From a virus, in the IMG/VR virus record IMGVR_UViG_3300031111_000008, positions 1-64,000 of that record: a stretch of 64,000 nucleotides of DNA. One strand, given 5' to 3'. This document shows positions 57,941-64,000 of the stretch, in pieces. The translations under genes were made by a program, and so were the position numbers. The notes below the pieces were generated by a model. The model was not told where the DNA came from. It saw nothing but the letters and a program-made list of their open reading frames with translations, and searched no databases. Each line of letters opens with the position of its first letter. Positions within the stretch are counted from its first letter, which is position 1.

Positions 57941-57961
57941 AATCGAAAGGAGTCTGAAGAA

Positions 57962-58168
57962 ATGTTGGTTTTGTCTCGCAAGAAAAACGAGAGTATCATC
58001 ATCAACGATGACATAACAATTGTTGTTGTTGAGATACGTGGTGATAAATGCAGGCTCGGAATCGAATGTGACAAGTCCATTCCAGTACATAGAAAGGAAG
58101 TCTACGATGCCATTCAAAGGCAGGAACAGAAAAGTTCCACTGCCCCAAAAGCATCCGACGGTACATAA
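57962..58168 (+). CDS. csrA: carbon storage regulator (RNA-binding translational regulator)
   Basis: MLVLSRKKNESIIINDDITIVVVEIRGDK.RLGI....IPVHRKEVY; AAGGAG RBS. Confidence 0.95.
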   Translation: MLVLSRKKNESIIINDDITIVVVEIRGDKCRLGIECDKSIPVHRKEVYDAIQRQEQKSSTAPKASDGT

Positions 58169-58289
58169 CTTTTTGGATTTAACCGGGCAGACTTTCGGCA
58201 GACTAGTTGTAGATTACTACGGAGGGCGGGTGGAAGACAAGCCTTCGTGGATTTGTACTTGCGTGTGTGGAAATACTAATGAGGGTTGA
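58107..58289 (+). pseudogene. N-terminal remnant of HNH/AP2-type homing endonuclease
   Basis: DLTGQTFGRLVV...WICTCVCGN then stop. Confidence 0.7.
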
Positions 58290-58307
58290 GTTTTTTCAGT
58301 TGTGGTG

Positions 58308-58411
58308 GTAGCCCCGTGGCGGAATTGGTATACGCCTGCTCGCAAAGGAAGAGGATCCAGTCAGTTAGAACGGGCCTGGACATTTGCTGGTTCGACTCCA
58401 GCCGGGGCTAC
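58308..58411 (+). ncRNA. tRNA-like RNA 2 (Leu/Ser-type D arm and T arm, no canonical anticodon arm)
   Basis: GTAGCCCCG/CGGGGCTAC; TGGCGGAATTGGTATACGC; GCTGG-TTCGACT-CCAGC. Confidence 0.78.
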
Positions 58412-58459
58412 TTTTATTTGGCAGTGGAAATTGGTTGACTTAGAAAAGGAGAATTCAGA

Positions 58460-59203
58460 GTGGCAAGACTCAATCAGATTATTGCGTTGGTGAAGGGCAG
58501 GAAGGCAGAGGTTCAGTCGGCTTTGACTCTGATCTACCATCAATGCCAGAAGACGGATCTCTTCGCGGGACTGGTGAAGACTTACGAACCCAGCGACGAG
58601 GAAGGGGAACGCTACCCTGGTGACGAGAAGCGGCTTCAGCTTCGCGTCGAGGAGCTTCTGCAACAGGTGGGTAAGGAGAGCAGCAAGCTGTTCGACGTGG
58701 TCGAGTTGCAGGATAGGATGAACTGCGAGACGAAAGCCAATGTGGTAGTCGACGGCGCGGTGGTTCTCAATGACGTTCCGCCTACTCATTTGCTCTTTCT
58801 GGAGCATAAGCTGGTGGATTTCATTACTCTGCTCGAAAAGATTCCCGTCCTGGATCCCGCCAAGAATTGGTCTTATTCGGACGAGGGCCGCTGTTTCCGT
58901 TCCGACCCGATTCGGAGAACCAAAACGAAGAAGGTTCCCCGGTTCAAGTCAGTGGCGGAAGCTACCGTACAGCATCCCGAGCAGGTTGTTCAGATCACGG
59001 AGGACATTGTGGAGGGAACTTGGACGACTGTGGAGTTCTCTGGGGCGGTTAGCGAGGAAAGGAAGCATCAGCTAATCAGCCGGGCGAGGAAGCTTAAGGA
59101 TGCCGTGATCGCAGCCAGGGAGGAGGCCAATTCGGCAAAGGTGGGCTTGAAGCCTTCCGTTGGAAAATCAGTGTTTGACTTCTTATTGAAGGAGGATGCT
59201 TAA
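58460..59203 (+). CDS. conserved uncharacterised protein (MxxLNQIIAxxKG family)
   Basis: AAGGAG RBS; G..KTYEP.DEEGE..P, A.VVVDG, VP.T.LLFLE..L, P.LDP, AT..HP.QV, G.W....FSGA, AV..AREEAN. Confidence 0.88.
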   Translation: MARLNQIIALVKGRKAEVQSALTLIYHQCQKTDLFAGLVKTYEPSDEEGERYPGDEKRLQLRVEELLQQVGKESSKLFDVVELQDRMNCETKANVVVDGAVVLNDVPPTHLLFLEHKLVDFITLLEKIPVLDPAKNWSYSDEGRCFRSDPIRRTKTKKVPRFKSVAEATVQHPEQVVQITEDIVEGTWTTVEFSGAVSEERKHQLISRARKLKDAVIAAREEANSAKVGLKPSVGKSVFDFLLKEDA

Positions 59204-59208
59204 CAAAA

Positions 59209-59545
59209 TAGGATGAAAGTTTTAGTCTCAGATTCTTCTTGATCTAGCAGCGTGGATAAATGAAGCGCGGCGAATCAGAATTAGACTATCATCCTAGCAT
59301 CAGAATTGCACCAAAAGGTCACATCAAGTCCCGATGTCAATATTGTCATGATGACGGTTCAATCCCGTCCTTCCGCTCTTGGGCAGAAACAACTAAGCGG
59401 AAGTAGCTCAATGGCCAGAGCAATGGCATTTAAGAATGAACGGAGGGTTTAGCGGAGAACGGTGGCCTGTGATTGTTGGTGAAAAATCATGTTAAAATGA
59501 TGCACAAGCTCCTCGGGGGACGGATAATGCCTCCGGGGAGCGTTT
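59209..59545 (+). ncRNA. large structured RNA containing a circularly permuted tRNA-like (YrlA/Y-RNA-type) module
   Basis: T arm 59353-59369, looped acceptor stem 59370-59403, D arm 59406-59421, enclosed by several long-range helices; 5' and 3' hairpins. Confidence 0.8.
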
Positions 59546-59547
59546 TA

Positions 59548-59620
59548 ACCGGGGAGGTTGCTGGTTTACCCGCCCAGCCTCATAAGTTGGGTTACGACGG
59601 TTCGATTCCGTCCCCCGGAA
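59548..59620 (+). tRNA. tRNA with CAT anticodon (Met/Ile2), atypical D arm and 1:72 mismatch
   Basis: CCGGGG/CCCCGG acceptor; CCAGC-CTCATAA-GTTGG; GACGG-TTCGATT-CCGTC; no encoded CCA. Confidence 0.7.
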
Positions 59621-59642
59621 CTTTGGTAGTAAAGCAAACCCC

Positions 59643-59809
59643 AGAAGGAGGAACCCCAGGGCACATTTGCGAGATTTTTCACTATCAATTTCCTGGTCCT
59701 GATTTGGACGTGGGTTTCCCAAGGTTAGCCAAGGGAAGGTAGTCGGAATCGCACGTCTCGTAGTGTCATTTCCAGTTTGATGACGGCTGGATGGGGTTCC
59801 TCCTCTTCT
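59643..59809 (+). ncRNA. unidentified multi-stem structured RNA
   Basis: AGAAGGAGGAACCCCA/TGGGGTTCCTCCTCTTCT closing helix plus inner helices. Confidence 0.6.
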
Positions 59810-59826
59810 TGCAGGAAGGATGGCAA

Positions 59827-60846
59827 ATGGTAAAGATCGTGAGGGAGGATCTGATCAAAGTTCTCGATTTCCTCCAACCAGGACTTTTGGAAGCGACCAA
59901 GGATCGGCCTGGTTTCTATTGCTTTTCTATAGGCAAAGTATTTTCTTGGAACGATAACGTTGCATGCGAAGTGGCGTTCAGAAATGGAGGCGCAAACTTC
60001 AAAGTACCAGCCGATCCTCTAAGGACTCTTCTTGGCAAACTCTCAGATCAGGAGATTAGTTTTTGCGTCGAGGAGAATCAGCTACGGATACGAGGAATCA
60101 ACAAGCGGGCCAAGATCAACCTGCTGGAGTTGGAGAATGAAGTTATTCCCAGAAAATCTGTAAAAACCAAGTGGGAGGAGCTGCCGGAAGGATTTGAGGA
60201 GGCTTTGAAAGTAGTGATGCCCAGCGCTGCCAGGAAGCAGGAAGGTATAGAGAGATACATTCATTTTCATCCTGGATGGGTAGAGGCTTGCGATAATTTT
60301 CAAGCGGTTCGTTGTGATCTGGTTGGTTGGGACGATTCGATTCTGATACACGCGGCATGGGCAAAGCACCTGGTTGGTGCAGGATTGACTCGTTTTGTAA
60401 TTGAACAAGGTTGGATCCATTTCAAAAGTTCTGTGGGACGAATCAGTCTGCGGAGGTACGATGACGATTATCCAGACTACTACTCGGCAGCGTTTGCAGG
60501 GGATGGCAGGGTAATGAAAATGCCGAAGGGGCTTGAGGGCATTATCAATCGGGCCGTCGTGATGAGTAAGGACGAGAAAGTTGGTGAAGAGCTTGGGGAC
60601 GATGTCGAGATTAGTTTCAGAGACGGGCGGGTAACTGTACGGTCCAAAGGCAAGTACGGATCTTATCAGGAGTTTGTGAATGAGGATTACAACAGCTACG
60701 TGGAGGACGAGAACGTTTCGTTCATTGTTTCTGCTAGCATGTTCAAACGAATGTTGGATATGCCAGGAAAGTGCGAAGTGACGGACAGGACGTTGAGGAA
60801 GATTACGGGTTCCTGTTCGTTTGCTGTTCGGTTGAATTCTAATTGA
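59827..60846 (+). CDS. sliding clamp (DNA Pol III beta-like)
   Basis: About 340 aa; VPA..L..LL.KL.DQEI, EACDNF, three-domain periodicity; next to polymerase. Confidence 0.6.
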   Translation: MVKIVREDLIKVLDFLQPGLLEATKDRPGFYCFSIGKVFSWNDNVACEVAFRNGGANFKVPADPLRTLLGKLSDQEISFCVEENQLRIRGINKRAKINLLELENEVIPRKSVKTKWEELPEGFEEALKVVMPSAARKQEGIERYIHFHPGWVEACDNFQAVRCDLVGWDDSILIHAAWAKHLVGAGLTRFVIEQGWIHFKSSVGRISLRRYDDDYPDYYSAAFAGDGRVMKMPKGLEGIINRAVVMSKDEKVGEELGDDVEISFRDGRVTVRSKGKYGSYQEFVNEDYNSYVEDENVSFIVSASMFKRMLDMPGKCEVTDRTLRKITGSCSFAVRLNSN

Positions 60847-60861
60847 TCCAGTCAAGGGGTT

Positions 60862-62052
60862 GTGATGGAAGGTTTTCTCTCGCCTTCTGTTCTGAATACG
60901 TACGACAAACCCACGAATCCGAAGTGTGGGAAATGCGGTTTGTTTCGTAAGTGCAACTCTCCGAAGATGCCGATGACGGGAGAAGGTGGGGAGAAAATAC
61001 TAGTTGTTGCGGAAGCGCCCGGAAAAAATGAAGATGAAGAAAACACTCAGCTGATAGGTAAGTCTGGACAACTCCTCCGAAAACATCTCCGAGAATGCGG
61101 GATTGATCTCGATAGAGATTGTTGGAAAACTAATGCGGTTATTTGCTATCCAGGCGATACTCCTACTCCGAAGCAGGTGGAGTATTGCTTTGCCAATCTA
61201 AGGGCTACTATCAAGGAAACTAATCCCGAGATCATCATTGTCCTTGGTGGCACAGCTGTCTCTTCTCTCATAGGCTGGTTGTGGAAAAGCAGTACGGGAA
61301 AGTTGTCTCGTTGGGTGGGTTGGCAAATTCCAGATCAGAAATTGAATGCTTGGATTTGTCCTACGTACCATCCGTCTTATATTCTTCGTAAGGATGAGTC
61401 TATTTACGAAGAACATTTTCATGATCACCTAGAAGCCGCCGTCAGTCTGAGAGGCAGACCCCATCCCAAGGAGCCTCGGCGATGGCATCGGGATGTACGG
61501 ATCATTACGAATACGGGCGAAGCTGCCGATGCCATCAAGAAGATTGTGGCGTGGGGAGAGGGACTAGCTGCTTTCGACTTCGAGACGGATCGACTGAAGC
61601 CCGACTCCGAGGACGCGAAGATCGTTTGTTGTTCTATAAGCCATGACGGGAAGACGATTGCTTTTCCCTGGTATGGATGCGTTCCTTCCGTAATGAAGAG
61701 GTTTATGGAATCGGAGAGAATTGGAAAGATTGCAGCAAACATCAAATTCGAGCATCGATGGGTGAAGGCGAAGCTGGGAATCGATGTTGCGAATTGGGCT
61801 TTTGATACGATGCAGGCGGCGCACCAGTTGGACAATCGAAAAGGAGTGACGGGGTTGAAGTTTCAATCCTACGTACGGTTGGGGCAACCTTCTTATGACG
61901 AGCACATCGCGCCGTGGCTAAAGGCCAAGTTGGGAAATGAGCAGAACCGCATAAGTAAGATTTCGACGCGGGAGCTGCTTTTGTATTGTGGTATGGATTC
62001 ATTGTTGGAGTACAAATTGGCTCTGATGCAAATGGAGGAGTTGGGAGTATGA
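60862..62052 (+). CDS. uracil-DNA glycosylase-like (family 4) domain fused to 3'-5' exonuclease; N-terminal half of split PolA
   Basis: CGKCGL, AEAPG..ED, G.SG.LL, TNAVIC.P, TYHPS; AFDFET, N.KFE, DTM, YCGMD. Confidence 0.88.
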   Translation: MMEGFLSPSVLNTYDKPTNPKCGKCGLFRKCNSPKMPMTGEGGEKILVVAEAPGKNEDEENTQLIGKSGQLLRKHLRECGIDLDRDCWKTNAVICYPGDTPTPKQVEYCFANLRATIKETNPEIIIVLGGTAVSSLIGWLWKSSTGKLSRWVGWQIPDQKLNAWICPTYHPSYILRKDESIYEEHFHDHLEAAVSLRGRPHPKEPRRWHRDVRIITNTGEAADAIKKIVAWGEGLAAFDFETDRLKPDSEDAKIVCCSISHDGKTIAFPWYGCVPSVMKRFMESERIGKIAANIKFEHRWVKAKLGIDVANWAFDTMQAAHQLDNRKGVTGLKFQSYVRLGQPSYDEHIAPWLKAKLGNEQNRISKISTRELLLYCGMDSLLEYKLALMQMEELGV

Positions 62053-62375
62053 GCTTTCTTGATGGTTCGTGGCAAGTTGCTGGTGAAAAAACTTGCAAAG
62101 CCCCGTGGAATGGGGGAAAGAATGGAAAGTATTTCCGTTGTGCTTACTGCGGGAAGAAGTTTGCGGTTGGTGATATATGGAGATGTATCTACACGAACGA
62201 CATAAAGTATGGAGGTGGGAATCCTCTTTGCTGCGGGAAGTGCAGTGAGAAGGCGGGAAACTCGAAGGACGAGTTACGGAGGATCTGGTTGGAGAGAAGT
62301 ATTACATGGAGGGAAATGCACTCTCCGAGTGGAATGTGGTGGTGGTTTGCTAGAAATTGTGAGGATCATGGATAG
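62049..62375 (+). CDS. Cys-rich hypothetical protein
   Basis: FRCAYCG, CGKC; ATGA coupling. Confidence 0.65.
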   Translation: MSFLDGSWQVAGEKTCKAPWNGGKNGKYFRCAYCGKKFAVGDIWRCIYTNDIKYGGGNPLCCGKCSEKAGNSKDELRRIWLERSITWREMHSPSGMWWWFARNCEDHG

Positions 62376-62682
62376 TTTTCAGGGGATGGAGAGAAAATTC
62401 TCTACGGTCTATGCAGATCCTCCTTGGAGGTTTCGCAATCGGACTGTTAGGGGTGCTCCCGAAGGATACAACGCACATCATTATTCTACTATGAGCTTGG
62501 AAGAAATAATGGATCTTCCAGTAGGTGATTTGGTTTACATGTCTCAAAGGAGGGATCATTCACGAAAGCCCGACGAATTGCGTTCGATAATAAGATTTTG
62601 TAGTCCCGGTCCTTACTTGGAACTGTTTGCCCGCGAGAGGGTGAAAGGTTGGACGTGCTGGGGGGATGGAATAGATGGCTGA
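62368..62682 (+). pseudogene. MT-A70-like adenine methyltransferase with central deletion
   Basis: YADPPW, HY.TM, HSRKP, YLELFAR, GW..WG in only 104 aa. Confidence 0.75.
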
Positions 62683-64000
62683 ACTCACTCCTAAAGATGC
62701 CTACCAACTATTTCACGAGGGGACGTTAGCCCTTGCGGACGTAGAGGCTAATGGCATACGGGTTGATGTAGCCAAGCTTGACAAGAACATTAAGAGGGTT
62801 GAGAGAAGGATAGAAGACAACCTGAAGAAACTGAAGCGGGATGAAGTTTGGGAGAAGTGGAAGGGAGTCTATGGGGAAAAAGCAAATATTGGCAGCCGTA
62901 CTCAATTGGGCAAGATCATATTCGAGCATTTGGGTTATGAATGTACCCAAAGAACGGAGAAGACTGGCAGAGCGAAAGTCAGCGAGGAAACTCTTCAAGA
63001 TGTAAACATACCCTTCACGCGGGCTTGGTTGAAGATCGAGCATTTCAGAAAATTCCTATCGACTAGCCTAAAGGGAATTCGGAACGAGTTAGTTGGTGAT
63101 AGGGTCCATGCGATCTACGATTTGCATTTGGCGATTTCATTCCGTTCCCGGTGCGAACGTCCCAACATGCAGAACCAGCCGATCAGGGAACCAGTTACAG
63201 GCAAGCTGATTCGAGAGTGTTTCATTGCCAGCCCGAACCACCACATCATGGAAGCGGATTTCGGAAGCTTGGAGTTTCTCATAGCGTGCTGTTTTTGGTG
63301 TGATGACACTATGATCGAGTACGCCAACGATGAGACAAGGGATATTCATCGGGACATGGCGACTGAGTGTTACCACCTTCCTGAGAACGCGGTCCCGAAA
63401 GATTGTAGATTCTATACGAAGAACCAATTCGTATTTCCCCAGCTGTACGGCAGCGATTACGTAGCCTGTTCGAGAAATCTGTGGCACGCAATCGAAACCG
63501 CTAAGCTGAAGACGGCGGATGGAATTCCTCTCAGGAGACATTTACGTAGAGAACTGGGGATTAAAAAGCTAGGTAGGTGCAGCCACAAATTTGATCCGTT
63601 TCCGGGAACGTATGAGTACTACATTCGCCGTGTTCAGAACAACTTCAACAAACGCTTCTCTCAATACGCTGCCCGAAAGGAAGTCTGGTGGGAAAAGTAC
63701 AAGGAGACGCGGCAGTTTCGGCTAATGACTGGTTTTGATGTTCGTGGGGTGTATCGGAAAAACCAGGTTTACAACATACCGATCCAGGGACCAGCCTTCC
63801 ACTGTTTGCTTTGGAGTTTGATTCGTATGAACAACTGGTTGAAAGAGAACAACATGCGAACAAAGATCGTGGGGACGGTCCACGATTCAATCGTCTTCGA
63901 TGTTCACAAGGATGAGTTGGGAATAGTCATGAGGAAGTGCAAGGAAGTCATGACAAAGGACATACGGAAAGTTTGGGATTGGATTATCGTGCCTCTGAAA
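62675..64000 (+). CDS. family A DNA polymerase, polymerase domain (runs off the right edge)
   Basis: Own translation from ATG 62675: E.NGIRVD, PNMQNQP, EADFGSLE (motif A), DIH, R...K...F...YG (motif B), N.PIQG, TVHDS (motif C). Confidence 0.92.
   Translation, partial: MAELTPKDAYQLFHEGTLALADVEANGIRVDVAKLDKNIKRVERRIEDNLKKLKRDEVWEKWKGVYGEKANIGSRTQLGKIIFEHLGYECTQRTEKTGRAKVSEETLQDVNIPFTRAWLKIEHFRKFLSTSLKGIRNELVGDRVHAIYDLHLAISFRSRCERPNMQNQPIREPVTGKLIRECFIASPNHHIMEADFGSLEFLIACCFWCDDTMIEYANDETRDIHRDMATECYHLPENAVPKDCRFYTKNQFVFPQLYGSDYVACSRNLWHAIETAKLKTADGIPLRRHLRRELGIKKLGRCSHKFDPFPGTYEYYIRRVQNNFNKRFSQYAARKEVWWEKYKETRQFRLMTGFDVRGVYRKNQVYNIPIQGPAFHCLLWSLIRMNNWLKENNMRTKIVGTVHDSIVFDVHKDELGIVMRKCKEVMTKDIRKVWDWIIVPLK

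Noticed and set aside
59473-59742. 89-aa ORF
   Set aside because: Overlaps the structured RNA and tRNA(CAT); no RBS or motif
1-64000. Alternative genetic code, diversity-generating retroelement, integrase or hypermodified-base pathway
   Set aside because: TAA, TAG and TGA all end genes normally; no reverse transcriptase, TR/VR pair, integrase or base-modification (thymidylate synthase, Que, PurZ) genes recognised in this window

Overview
The window is about 64 kb of a tailed dsDNA phage genome with siphovirus-like architecture. All convincing genes are on the + strand in the standard genetic code. The host is probably a planctomycete, inferred from Planctomycetota-like CsrA and RimI homologues. 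Gene order: repeat-rich non-coding left end, GNAT, TerS and TerL, an 11.5 kb accessory/virion block (papain-like protease, LamG, SGNH, head-tail adaptors), portal, Mu-F, prohead protease, HK97 capsid, tail genes (tube, -1 frameshifted chaperone, TP901 tape measure), an 11 kb glycan-building cluster, and replication genes (SNF2 helicase, primase, TOPRIM protein, DNA MTase, initiator with internal iterons, DnaB, clamp, split UDG-exo plus PolA). Two candidate undescribed systems stand out. (1) An RNA island at 56.7-59.8 kb holds a conserved uncharacterised protein followed directly by a ~335 nt structured RNA with a circularly permuted, YrlA/Y-RNA-like tRNA module but no Ro60 gene. The island also has two anticodon-less tRNA mimics, csrA, an atypical tRNA(CAT) and another structured RNA. 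(2) A putative virion O-glycosylation system: three structural-region genes carry a shared S6-(I/V)-S-T serine-rich tail, and the cluster encodes a Maf-like transferase, a KdsB-like CMP-sugar synthetase, six GT-A proteins, methyltransferases, sulfotransferase-like proteins and a radical SAM enzyme. All calls come from motif reading and by-eye base pairing; no searches were run.
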